This document shows positions 13,495 to 25,552 of a stretch of 57,098 nucleotides of DNA, piece after piece. Both the position numbers and the translations under genes were made by a program. This stretch comes from Octopus bimaculoides (lineage: Eukaryota). Below the pieces are notes generated by a model. That model did no database searches. It was not told the DNA's origin and was given only the letters and a program-made list of their open reading frames with translations. Position 1 is the stretch's first letter. Every line of letters begins with the position of its first letter. The stretch covers positions 8,071,744-8,128,841 of the forward strand of contig NC_068988.1 in NCBI RefSeq assembly GCF_001194135.2. The letters are read 5' to 3'.

Positions 13495-14404
13495 TACAGC
13501 TCCCGTGTTCATTTATGGACCTCTGCCGTTGCTCATCTATTCGTAAATGAGCTACTGGGAGAGGCTGGAGGAACTGAGGCTTTGCTCCCTAAGACAGAGT
13601 ATTTCAACCTTTTTTACCCCTGCGTTACCCTTAAGATAAACTTCATGTCTCAAGGAACCCCTGCACAAAAACAAAAAATCTATATACCATATCTTTCGAC
13701 TGAAACCTGCTCTTGAAATTACTGGCCTTGTGCCAAAACTTGAAATCAGTATTATATTTTCAAAAACTTCGTTTATTTCTACGAGTGAGTCAGAATTTAT
13801 TTTCCTTTATGTCTGTGGTTAAGAATATCGTTTCGTTACAACGCGGTTTCGGGTTCTATTCCATTGTATAGTACCGTAAGCAAGTCTATTCAGCCATAAA
13901 AATCGACCAAAACCCTTATGACTGATATTCCCTAAACGAAAGCCGTTCCTTCTCTGAGGTGATGGGCATAATTTATCCAAGATGCTACGTTCTTTCTATA
14001 GTTTGTGTTATCAATAATTCACATTACCAAGTAAGCAGATCCTTTATAGATATATTTACTGATATTACTATCTTTTACAGTGTCTGCTCTAAGAATGTTA
14101 CATCTCACACGTGGATCTTACGGCATATCTTTCCTGTGACTTAATTAGGATTATGCTAATGAGCGAACAAATGACTTGTTCCATTCAATGCTTCTAAGAT
14201 CAACCAAGTATCTTTCTACTACCCTCGTGAAATTCAGGATTTTTCCTCTCCCTGTTTTGGTAGACAGGGACTGCTTTGGAAGAATTTCGCTCTTTGACTA
14301 GACTATCGGATCAAACTTATATTTATCATATATATTATTGAATATTATATAGGAGCCTTATATTATGTTTGTTGCTGGTCATTTCCTCATGTTAAACACT
14401 TAAT

Positions 14405-14598
14405 CTCTACACATTTTTTCTCTCCGTTTATTATTTTTTTTCGTTCTCTCTCCATTTCTTTATCCCTCTCGATCTTTTCTATCGAAGAGCATAGGTTCGA
14501 AACGTCAAAGACTTTTCCATTCCTCCCGAGCGTTAAACTAATACACCTGCTTGTTGTTCCCTCACTTGTCTTCGTCTTTTGCTTTCTGTAAATTTGAA

Positions 14599-14601
<3 letters not shown>
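14405..14601 (+). mobile_element. About 190-bp repeat family P (putative Penelope terminal-repeat derivative) with minimal HHR-like motif at 14474-14511
   Basis: CTTTT-CTATCGA-A-GAGC ATAG GTTC-GAAA-CGTC-AAAG; homologous copies at 15.44, 22.14, 38.31 and 38.48 kb. Confidence 0.7.

Positions 14602-14692
<91 letters not shown>
14602..14692 (+). repeat. (TG)n microsatellite
   Basis: About 45 perfect units. Confidence 0.95.
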
Positions 14693-14694
<2 letters not shown>

Positions 14695-15236
14695 ACATAC
14701 ATTTATATATATACGTACGTCTGTCTATGTATGTATGTATGTATGTATGTATGTATGTATGTATGAATGAATGAATGCATGCATATGTACACATGTACAT
14801 AAATATGTATGTACTGGTCCGTTTCTCAGCGACAACAATCGATTGTTATTCCGGTTCATACGAATTCATTGTGTGATCAGATTAAATATGCAACTCATTC
14901 ATCGATTCTTTTAATCTTTTATTCCTTCATTGACTTCGAACTAACACATAATCTATAAAGAGAAAAACAGAAATTTTGTTATAGCAAAACTAGAGGGGAG
15001 CAATTACTGGCTATATCTGAATATACACTATCATTCGGATAATGGCTTGACAGAGATGATAAAGTGTCGGTCACATGATTTTCATTTCCAAGTGCTTTAT
15101 ATTCAGCTCTATATATTTACATGAAAAGTAAATATACGGTAACGCATTAAGCGTTAACTTTAATAAACACAAATGAATCTCCACATATACAGCATATGGC
15201 GCCCTGGCAATTACGAGTAAGCCTGATGTTATGTAC

Positions 15237-15394
15237 ATAGGCGCAGGAGTGGCTGTGTGATAAGAAGCTTACTTCTCAACCACATGGTTCCAGGTTCAGT
15301 TTCACCTTGGGCAAAATTTCTTCTGCTATAAACTCGGGCTAATCGAAGCTTTGTGGGTGGATTTGGTAGACGGAAACTGAAAAGAAGCCCGTTG
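15237..15394 (+). mobile_element. tRNA-derived CORE-type SINE family C (resembles octopus OR-type SINEs), 5' part
   Basis: ATAGGCGCAGGAGTGGCTGTGTG head, CACCTTGGGCAA CORE-like motif; matches 41266 and 49480 copies. Confidence 0.8.
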
Positions 15395-15439
15395 TATATA
15401 TATATATATATTCGCCATGATAGAACGCTAACCACTACA

Positions 15440-15575
15440 CACATTTTTTTTTCTCCCCTTGTTTCTTTCTGTGTTCCAATCGGTGGAAGAGCGTAGGCTC
15501 GAAACGTTAAAGACGTTTTCAATTCCCGAGCGTTATACTTATACATCTGTTTGTAAGAAATAAATAAAAAGAAAT
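15440..15575 (+). mobile_element. Repeat family P copy (HHR-like motif interrupted by a short insertion)
   Basis: GGAAGAGCGTAGGCTCGAAACGTTAAAG at 15485-15512. Confidence 0.65.
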
Positions 15576-15982
15576 AACATGCCCTTCCCCTCACACAGAA
15601 AATCTCACCGTTCCAACGTTTTACGCAGTTTTTGATAATAACAGAGCAAGTAAACTTTACCACGAAACATTTTTCTGTATTTTCCTTCTTAACATTCCAA
15701 CATTTGGCTCGCTCTAAGCACCCGCATCACACACTATGTCACTATATATATAATCAAAGACACTCCAACTGTGACCTTCCATTCTAGTTCTCGGGAAAAC
15801 ATAACCCACGAATGTATTAAACGAAGCGTCACTCTTTTCGGAAATGCATGTACTTAATCTGTTTCTTAACAAACTTATTTAGCAGTTTGGTTGCAATTTT
15901 TGCAAGACACCGAGATGATGGGAAGCATGTATTAAAGACTGTGCATTTAAGAGAATGTGGAGGAATGAAGAAAGATATTGGG

Positions 15983-16224
15983 ACCGGAAGTGAAGGAGGA
16001 AGAGTGACGTCGGAACCGGAATGAGGGCATGTGACGTCACGTCAAGAAGCCTTTTTTTCTTCGTCAGAACGTCGACCGGAACAGAAGTATGCAAGAGATT
16101 TCTGCGAGAGTAGTTTGTGGGCAGAAGTAGAGATAGTGTGTGCGTGTAGGTCAGACCAACGAGTTTCACTGATGCTGGTGAAGCCAAGGTGAATACTCCG
16201 TTCAGGTTTCGACTCTAGGTAAGA
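15983..16224 (+). promoter_or_regulatory. Putative TATA-less Pol II promoter + non-coding first exon
   Basis: ETS-type ACCGGAAGTG (15983-15992), ACCGGAA repeated at 16015 and 16075, CRE-like TGACGTC (16005), perfect GTGACGTCAC (16031-16040), local CpG enrichment, donor AG|GTAAGA at 16219. Confidence 0.45.
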
Positions 16225-16416
16225 GCGTCATTAGTCTTTTGCATTTTTTCCTTCTACACAAGGTGGACATGGCCAGAAGATAATTCTGCCTGTGATTTTA
16301 ACGAGTATATATTTAAGTAGATCTCAGCACTCGAGTTTCCTAAGAAGATTTTCAATTATTTTCCCATTTGCAAATTTCTTTCAACAAGAGCACATTAAGT
16401 GATCACTTACGCACGT

Positions 16417-16467
<51 letters not shown>

Positions 16468-17299
16468 AACACTCAAACCACGCATATAGATATATGTATG
16501 GATAATTATATATATAGACAGGTAAATAAACACGCACGTACACACACTCACATGTATATGTAAACAAAGAGACAGAGAGATACATCTTCATCCACATTTA
16601 CATTTGCATCTATATACATACATATATNNNNNNNNNNNNNNNNNNNNNNNNNNNNNNNNNNNNNNNNNNNNNNNNNNNNNNNNNNNNNNNNNNNNNNNNN
16701 NNNNNNNNNNNNNNNNNNNNNNNNNNNNNNNNNNNNNNNNNNNNNNNNNNNNNNNNNNNNNNNNNNNNNNNTATATATATATACCAATGGATGTATCCAT
16801 ATATACTATGCACATCATAATCACATACATACACACATACATACACACACATACATGTGTGTGTGTGTATGTGTATGTGTGTAAAACTACATATTTTTCT
16901 TATTACTGATGCAATGAGTATTAGAACTGTTGTTGTTAGTATTGTTGATGTTGTTGTTAATGCTATTTACCGACTGCTTTGTAATGCATTTCTCTTTATT
17001 ATTTCTGGTCTTATTTTTGAAAATATCTTGTTTGTTTTGTCTTTTTTATTTAATTATTTTATTTTACTTTTGTATTTGTACTTTTTGTCGCTTCATCCGG
17101 GCAGTTATAGTAAAAAGAAAAATAATGTTTACATTAGACGGCCATCTTGGAGAGCATCTGAAGTCTCTTCGTTCACAATAGCAATCTATTTACCGATTCT
17201 ATAATGACACGAATTAGGAGCGAATGGAATTAAAGACGAAAATAAGAAATAATAATGACATAAAAAAAATGAAGAGATGTACAGAGAAATGGACGAAAA

Positions 17300-17607
17300 T
17301 ATATGTGTGCGAGTGTGTGCTTGTGTGTGTATGTGCGTGTGCTTGTGTGCGTGTGTATACCTATATATATAACATGTATATACAAGTATGTATGTAGTAC
17401 ACACACACACAGATATATATTTATACGTATGTGTGTATATATGAGTATGTATATATATATGTTTATGTATGTATATATATATATATATGTATGTGTATAT
17501 ATATATATATGTATGTGTATATATATATGTATGTATGTATATATATGTAAGTAGTACACACACATATATATATGTACAAATACACAAACACAACACACAC
17601 ACGCACG

Positions 17608-17668
<61 letters not shown>

Positions 17669-17710
17669 GTATTCACGCGCATACATGCACAGAGAGAGAG
17701 TGGGAGGGAG
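17300..17710. repeat. Low-complexity (TG/TA/CA)n block
   Basis: Directly visible. Confidence 0.9.
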
Positions 17711-18450
17711 AGACAAATAAGGAAAAAGAGAGTAGAAAGAGACAAAAATAGAGAAATAAAAAATAAGAGAAAAAAAGAAACACGAAAGAACTAGAAGATT
17801 GAAGAACAATTAGTGCGNNNNNNNNNNNNNNNNNNNNNNNNNNNNNNNNNNNNNNNNNNNNNNNNNNNNNNNNNNNNNNNNNNNNNNNNNNNNNNNNNNN
17901 NNNNNNNNNNNNNNNNNNNNNNNNNNNNNNNNNNNNNNNNNNNNNNNNNNNNNNNNNNNNNNNNNNNNNNNNNNNNNNNNNNNNNNNNNNNNNNNNNNNN
18001 NNNNNNNNNNNNNNNNNNNNNNNNNNNNNNNNNNNNNNNNNNNNNNNNNNNNNNNNNNNNNNNNNNNNNNNNNNNNNNNNNNNNNNNNNNNNNNNNNNNN
18101 NNNNNNNNNNNNNNNNNNNNNNNNNNNNNNNNNNNNNNNNNNNNNNNNNNNNNNNNNNNNNNNNNNNNNNNNNNNNNNNNNNNNNNNNNNNNNNNNNNNN
18201 NNNNNNNNNNNNNNNNNNNNNNNNNNNNNNNNNNNNNNNNNNNNNNNNNNNNNNNNNNNNNNNNNNNNNNNNNNNNNNNNNNNNNNNNNNNNAGAAGAAG
18301 AAAAAGAAGAAGAAGGAGAAGAAGAAGAAGAAGAAGAAGAAGGAGGAGGAGGAGGAGGAGGGGAGGAGAAGAAGGAGGAGAAGAAGATGAAGAAGAAGAA
18401 GAAGAAGAAGAAGAAGAAGAAGAAGAAGAAGAAGAAGAAGAAGAAGAAGA

Positions 18451-19436
18451 ATACGGCTTGTGTGCAAACACGAAAGCAGCAAAGAATCACATTCTATTGT
18501 CGAAGAAGCTTGCAAATTCGCCAGGGGACTTGGCATTAACCCTGAAATACATGAAGAGCCTGAAAACACTGCCACAAAACAAACAAAACGGATCCAACAG
18601 ACTGCAAAATAGAAGGAATTGAGTAGCTGTGCTGATGAACACCAAGTAACAACCCACCAGTGGCTGAGAAGTTCAGGACTGATAGCAGAGACTGAAGACT
18701 TCATATCGGCGGCACAATATCAAAGCTTGCTTATAAAAAACTACCAGTCTAACGTTTTTCAAATCGATTCTGACTCTAAATGCAGATTCTGTGACACATT
18801 TGACGAAAAAATAGGCCATCTCGTCTCAGAATGTCCTTTGTTCACAACAAACGAATACAAAAAAATCACAAAAATAGGGTAGGACAGTATTTACATTAGA
18901 AAATATGTAAACACTACAAAATTTGCACTTCTGCTTACTGGTATAAACATCATCCTGAGCCAGTCACTATCCTCTGGGATTTCCCAGTCAACACTGACAG
19001 AATAATCCACGCTACTTGACCAGACATTATTATTAAAGACGGGGACGAAAATACTTGTACACTAATAGATGTGTTCCCACAGATAAAAATATATCTGTAA
19101 AGGTATTTGACATATTAAGTAAACATAAGGACCTGGAAGTTGAAAACTGTTCCTGTTATTACGGGTTCCCTTGGTATGATGAAAAAAGGATGTTAGAAGC
19201 ACCTAGATAAGATCCCAGAAGACCCATGTCTCAGAGAAATCCAAAAGATTGTGCAGACAAGTATTGCCCACAGCCTTAGAAAAACCCTATCCCTTTAAAT
19301 GTCTGTGTTGTATTACATGAAGGCATTTCGCTACTGCCCCTACCACTCCTACCGTAACAGTTCTTATCCTTCACTCGCCTCAGGACGTTGGGTGTGTCTC
19401 GGCAAGTGATTGTAACAAACATACAGATTAAAAGTA

Positions 19437-19437
<1 letters not shown>
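18451..19437 (+). mobile_element. R4/Dong-clade non-LTR retrotransposon, decayed 3' 1 kb (CCHC knuckle + restriction-like endonuclease)
   Basis: HQWLRSSGLIAETEDFISAAQ..., CRFCDTFDEKIGHLVSEC (CCHC), TILWDFPVNTD..PDIIIKD..CTLIDV (PD-D RLE), VPVITGSLG...IQKIVQTSIAHSLRKTLSL* (stop 19296-19298); stops/frameshifts present; ends in (TAA)n. Confidence 0.9.

Positions 19438-19524
<87 letters not shown>
19438..19524 (+). repeat. (TAA)n microsatellite
   Basis: About 28 perfect units. Confidence 0.95.
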
Positions 19525-19527
<3 letters not shown>

Positions 19528-19600
19528 GGTAGAACACCTACAAAAGTCAGTATTGCTTGGAACTGCAAGAATTCTTCGCAGGGTTCTTGGAGCATGGCCA
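19528..19600 (+). mobile_element. Short R4/Dong-like C-terminal fragment
   Basis: VEHLQKSVLLGTARILRRVLGAW. Confidence 0.7.
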
Positions 19601-19640
19601 GTAAACAAGTACCACTTTGGTCTGCATTGTAATAACACTT

Positions 19641-19861
19641 ATAATTGTTTCAGATTTTAGTAGGAGGCCAGGAAGCTCGAGGATGGAGGAGATAAGTGGA
19701 CAACATGAACTTCAGTCCTCAACTGGTGCTTATTTTTTCGACCTCAAAAGAACGAAAGACAAAGTCGACCTCGACGGAATTTGAACTCAGAACGTAGACA
19801 GACGAAATGCTGCTAAGGATTTTGCTTGGCATGCTGACAATTCTACCAGCTCGTCGCCTTA
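19641..19861 (-). mobile_element. SINE family A copy (diverged)
   Basis: AAAGTCGACCTCGACGGAATTTGAACTCAGAACG core. Confidence 0.8.
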
Positions 19862-20086
19862 AGAACAACAACAATAATAACAACAGCAACAGCAGCAGCA
19901 GCAGCAGCAGCAGTAGCATCAGCGACATATCAATATGGCTGCTAACAACGTTAACAAATCCGCTTCCGCTCCTCATTCCCAATTACCGCTGGTTAAACTA
20001 AATAGACTTTCCAAGCATTCGTCTTACGTCTAATATTCCTTCTACAATTGTTAATAAAATCTTTTAAATGAATGCAAAGTTCTCAT

Positions 20087-20164
20087 AATGTTGCTTACAA
20101 CATGGCTGCCTTAATTTTATTACATCCGTAACAAAATTAATGCAGCCATCTTGTAGTCAACATT
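20087..20164. other. 78-nt imperfect palindrome/hairpin
   Basis: 37-nt arms with 5 mismatches (one is G-U on the + strand), 4-nt apical loop ATCC. Confidence 0.85.
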
Positions 20165-20720
20165 CATCTATAATCAAATACGGAATACTCCCAAGGCACA
20201 AAATTACGCTCTTACTATTTTGTTGCTATTGTTATTTAGCTGCAAATAAACCGTGGTAGAGCTTAGATCATCCAGTTTTTAAAGCGATAGTTTATCTCAG
20301 AATGGATTAACTAATATAGTCTTCCATTTTATTTTAAAATACTATGAGTGTAATTTGAGAGAAATTTAGCTGCTATTTCTGGCTGTCTGGATGACTATAT
20401 ACAGACTCTTTCATCGGTTGTTCGATCATATATTTAAAGTGTAGTAACCGAGGGAAAAATATCCAATCAAATCAGACTTAAATCTCACTTCTGAGGACAA
20501 AGCTGCAGGAATTTATTACATTATGTAACAAAATATTTATATTTTTGTCTTTGAACATTAAGTGTTATTTCCAGTTCTTCTGCCTAGAAATCAAAGGAAA
20601 CGACTGTTATTCTCTTCAAACTTTGCTTTTGTGACCTGGGCATCAATGTCTTGAAACTGACCTATTTTCCATTACATTTCAGACAGATCCAGCGCTGAGT
20701 TGCTCAAGCAGAAATATCGT

Positions 20721-20890
20721 TGTAGCAAATATTCTGCTCAGTTGCACAGATTTGCTTGTCAGTTGCTTGAACTTGACCACTTGAGCATGCCCCTTAGTGG
20801 CTAACAATATGTACACCTCTGATCATGAGCAGGAGTAGTAGGAGAGCATCATAGCCATGTGCTGAGAGGGATTCTTCGGAGGTTTGAATA
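20721..20890 (+). mobile_element. Repeat family D fragment
   Basis: TAGCAAATATTCTGCTCA...GAGCATCATAGCCATGTG matches 1458-1620. Confidence 0.8.
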
Positions 20891-21629
20891 AATATTGTAA
20901 CAAAAGCAAAGTCTGAAGGAAACATTAGCCATTTTTCATACTTCCCAGAGGTTAACGAATAGGAAATAACAGTTGCTACCCAAAGACAAAAATCGTCTTA
21001 TACAGTGTTCTTATTATAGTGGACGTGGTTTTTGTAGTGCTAGACCCATTCTCTCTTCCTTCAAATTCCTTATATGATAGTTGCCAGGGTACAGAATCTG
21101 TATGGATTTTTACCTTTTCTTAGATGGGTTATTAAAGAGCTTAATGACCTCATCTGCCCTGGGTCCGTTAGGGTATGTTTGTGTGATCGTCTTTCGAAGG
21201 CAATTCATTCACATGATAATTAACCCTTAGCGGGAACCCTAACAGATGATGCTTGTCCGGGTCATTGTAGATCTGAAAACAATAGGGGATAAGACATAGT
21301 CCCTCACTCCTAAAACCCTTGAAATTCCTGAAATAGAGCCCCACCACCGGATGAAGTTTAAAGTTGTACCCAGGACCTATATATATATATTTTTAATGAA
21401 CGCAGTATATATTTTCACGAGCTTCTAATAGTTTCATGCGATGAAAATGATACACACAGCATTTTATAATACGTCTGGTGTCTTCGTGCAATCTTCAGGT
21501 TGTACTCACATGGCATTTAGAAGCTAAAACAGTAGATCATAAAAAATATATATTGTTTCCATTAAATAATATTCATCTCTATCCAGATGGAATACGCTTT
21601 TGTTCATCTTACCTTCCGGGAACAGTACA

Positions 21630-21672
<43 letters not shown>

Positions 21673-22134
21673 NNNNNNNNNNNNNNNNNNNNNNNNNNNN
21701 NNNNNNNNNNNNNNNNNNNNNNNNNNNNNNNNNNNNNNNNNNNNNNNNNNNNNNNNNNNNNNNNNNNNNNNNNNNNNNNNNNNNNNNNNNNNNNNNNNNN
21801 NNNNNNNNNNNNNNNNNNNNNNNNNNNNNNNNNNNNNNNNNNNNNNNNNNNNNNNNNNNNNNNNNNNNNNNNNNNNNNNNNNNNNNNNNNNNNNNNNNNN
21901 NNNNNNNNNNNNNNNNNNNNNNNNNNNNNNNNNNNNNNNNNNNNNNNNNNNNNNNNNNNNNNNNNNNNNNNNNNNNNNNNNNNNNNNNNNNNNNNNNNNN
22001 NNNNNNNNNNNNNNNNNNNNNNNNNNNNNNNNNNNNNNNNNNNNNNNNNNNNNNNNNNNNNNNNNNNNNNNNNNNNNNNNNNNNNNNNNNNNNNNNNNNN
22101 NNNNNNNNNNNNNNNNNNNNATATATATATATAT

Positions 22135-22300
22135 ATATAAAATTTACAGAAAACAAAAGACGGAGAAGACAGGTGAAAGAACAACAAGCAGGTTTATTAG
22201 TTTAACACTCGTGAAGAATGGGAAACTCTTTGACGTTTCGAGCCGATGCTCTTCGACGGAAAGGATTAAGGGAAAAGATCGGAGAGAAAAATTGTATAAG
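22135..22300 (-). mobile_element. Repeat family P copy with minimal HHR-like motif (22263-22228)
   Basis: Minus strand CTTT-CCGTCGA-A-GAGC ATCG GCTC-GAAA-CGTC-AAAG. Confidence 0.7.
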
Positions 22301-22832
22301 GATTAACAGCTCAACATGATGGAATAGCCAGAAGAAAGAGGCGTTGCATTATACAAATATGAGTGTATGTATGTATGTATGTATGTATGTATGTATGTGC
22401 GCGTGTGTGATGCGTCAAGGATTGTGTAAATCGTCGGTTTAAATAGATATATGGACAAAAACTACACCCTGTATTCAGTACTATTGTCTGATTTCGTTTA
22501 GGAACTGCAGCAGTAATTCGTTCGAAGCTGGTGATTCACCATCGCCGCCAATTCGATGTTCTTCCCTGTACACATTCGTTCAGGTAGCCAATACGAGAAC
22601 ACTTCTCTTAGTGCACCGAATGAACGCATAAAAGCGAAAATATATAGAGTAGCATCAGGTGAATTATTAAGATTTTACCGATGTACTTATAGCTAGAGTG
22701 ATATGAATTTTTATAGTTTCACTTTGGCGAGTTATATCTCAATATTGTTGTAATAGACGCTATATTTTCTTTAACAAGAAACTTAACTTTACTAGCTTTA
22801 CCAAAACAACTACAACAACAGCAACAACAATC

Positions 22833-22902
<70 letters not shown>

Positions 22903-23014
22903 ACTGTTCGTGATTTCGAAAGGAAATGTCTAACGTAACAACATAAAACACTGTTTTGGAATGAAGAACCAAGAAAATATAGCAATATATATGTATACTA
23001 TCATATATACATCC

Positions 23015-23047
<33 letters not shown>

Positions 23048-23472
23048 NNNNNNNNNNNNNNNNNNNNNNNNNNNNNNNNNNNNNNNNNNNNNNNNNNNNN
23101 NNNNNNNNNNNNNNNNNNNNNNNNNNNNNNNNNNNNNNNNNNNNNNNNNNNNNNNNNNNNNNNNNNNNNNNNNNNNNNNNNNNNNNNNNNNNNNNNNNNN
23201 NNNNNNNNNNNNNNNNNNNNNNNNNNNNNNNNNNNNNNNNNNNNNNNNNNNNNNNNNNNNNNNNNNNNNNNNNNNNNNNNNNNNNNNNNNNNNNNNNNNN
23301 NNNNNNNNNNNNNNNNNNNNNNNNNNNNNNNNNNNNNNNNNNNNNNNNNNNNNNNNNNNNNNNNNNNNNNNNNNNNNNNNNNNNNNNNNNNNNNNNNNNN
23401 NNNNNNNNNNNNNNNNNNNNNNNNNNNNNNNNNNNNNNNNNNNNNNNNNNNNNNNNNNNNNNNNNNNNNNNN

Positions 23473-23511
<39 letters not shown>

Positions 23512-23524
23512 TATATACATATAA

Positions 23525-23556
<32 letters not shown>

Positions 23557-23582
23557 ACATATATATATATAAATATATATAC

Positions 23583-23817
23583 TCTTTTACTTGTTTCAGT
23601 CATTTGACTGTGGCCATGCTGGAGCACCGCCTTTAGTCAAGCAAATCGATCACAAATCGACCCCAGGAGTTATTCTTTCTAAGTATATATACAATTTGTG
23701 TGTGTGTGTGTCTGTCTGTATGTTTCAGTGCTTGTCCCTCGCCATCGCTCGACAACCAGTGTTGACGTATTTACGTCGCCGTAACTTAGCGGTTCGGGAA
23801 AAAAAGACCGATAGAAT
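23583..23817. mobile_element. Two SINE family C 3' fragments (- at 23583-23648, + at 23722-23817)
   Basis: CAGTCATTTGACTGTGGCCATGCTGGAGCACCGCCTTT; GTAACTTAGCGGTTCGG..AGACCGATAGAATA. Confidence 0.8.
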
Positions 23818-24153
23818 ACATTTTGTAAGGAGATGCAAATACGCTCGAATATTTTGCAATACAAGTTTCCTTTTCCCTAGAATCAAGCCGATGCTATTTT
23901 AAGTAAAACGTTAACAAACCATCAAATTGTATGCTCACTGTTACCCTCGACCGTGATTTTAGAGTTTTAATGTTTTCAGCCACGTATTATACATTTGCAC
24001 AAATCAAATTTTACAATAATTCTTGGCACTCAGCCTAGATTTCTGTTAGCTCGAGGCATATTAAACAACTCTGTTACATCAAATTATCCTTGTACGCCTA
24101 ATGCAAACAACCTTTAAAATATTCGAACGTATTTGCGTCTCCTTACAAAACGT
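23818..24153. mobile_element. MITE with 38-bp terminal inverted repeats
   Basis: ACATTTTGTAAGGAGATGCAAATACGCTCGAATATTTT (23818-23855) vs reverse complement of 24116-24153: 35/38 identical. Confidence 0.8.
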
Positions 24154-24247
24154 GTTTCTTAGATAAACTTCCTTTCAAATGACGTCTTTAAAGTTTTGCA
24201 ATAAACATATAAATATTTGATTGCAAATTAGGGAGATCTGGGGATTT

Positions 24248-24448
24248 TTTTCTTGCTTGCTTCAATCATTAGATTGCGGCCATGCTGGAGTAAGTCAATG
24301 AAGAATTTTAGTCGAACGATTCGACCCCAGTATGTATATTTTTCTTTAAGCCTGGTACTTATTCTATCGGTTGTTTTTGTCGAATTGCTAATGTTACGGG
24401 GACGTAAATACACCAACACCGGTTGTCAAGCGGTGATGAGGGACAAAC
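24248..24448 (-). mobile_element. SINE family C 3' half
   Basis: Reverse complement of the tail in 41520-41718. Confidence 0.85.
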
Positions 24449-24500
24449 GCTGACACAAACACACATACACACACATACACTCACATATAAATAATGTCTT

Positions 24501-24693
24501 TTTCCCCCCACCATCACTTGACAACCGATGTCGGTGTGTTTACATCCCTGTAACTTAGCGGTGCGGCAAAAGATACCGATAGAATAAGTACTAGGCTTAC
24601 AAAGAATAAATCCTGGAATCGATTAGCTCAACGAAAGGTGGTGCTCCAGCATGGCCGCAGTCAAATGACTGAAACAAGTAAAAGGGTAAAAGG
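24501..24693 (+). mobile_element. SINE family C 3' half
   Basis: Ends GGTGGTGCTCCAGCATGGCCGCAGTCAAATGACTGAAACAAGTAAAAG. Confidence 0.9.
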
Positions 24694-25552
24694 ATATATA
24701 TANNNNNNNNNNNNNNNNNNNNNNNNNNNNNNNNNNNNNNNNNNNNNNNNNNNNNNNNNNNNNNNNNNNNNNNNNNNNNNNNNNNNNNNNNNNNNNNNNN
24801 NNNNNNNNNNNNNNNNNNNNNNNNNNNNNNNNNNNNNNNNNNNNNNNNNNNNNNNNNNNNNNNNNNNNNNNNNNNNNNNNNNNNNNNNNNNNNNNNNNNN
24901 NNNNNNNNNNNNNNNNNNNNNNNNNNNNNNNNNNNNNNNNNNNNNNNNNNNNNNNNNNNNNNNNNNNNNNNNNNNNNNNNNNNNNNNNNNNNNNNNNNNN
25001 NNNNNNNNNNNNNNNNNNNNNNNNNNNNNNNNNNNNNNNNNNNNNNNNNNNNNNNNNNNNNNNNNNNNNNNNNNNNNNNNNNNNNNNNNNNNNNNNNNNN
25101 NNNNNNNNNNNNNNNNNNNNNNNNNNNNNNNNNNNNNNNNNNNNNNNNNNNNNNNNNNNNNNNNNNNNNNNNNNNNNNNNNNNNNNNNNNNNNNNNNNNN
25201 NNNNNNNNNNNNNNNNNNNNNNNNNNNNNNNNNNNNNNNNNNNNNNNNNNNNNNNNNNNNNNNNNNNNNNNNNNNNNNNNNNNNNNNNNNNNNNNNNNNN
25301 NNNNNNNNNNNNNNNNNNNNNNNNNNNNNNNNNNNNNNNNNNNNNNNNNNNNNNNNNNNNNNNNNNNNNNNNNNNNNNNNNNNNNNNNNNNNNNNNNNNN
25401 NNNNNNNNNNNNNNNNNNNNNNNNNNNNNNNNNNNNNNNNNNNNNNNNNNNNNNNNNNNNNNNNNNNNNNNNNNNNNNNNNNNNNNNNNNNNNNNNNNNN
25501 NNNNNNNNNNNNNNNNNNNNNNNNNNNNNNNNNNNNNNNNNNNNNNNNNNNN

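Noticed and set aside
21419-21505. Minus-strand CTGAAGATTGC...GCATGAAACTATTA
   Set aside because: Reminiscent of a PLE terminus, but stems I and III do not pair; too degenerate to call
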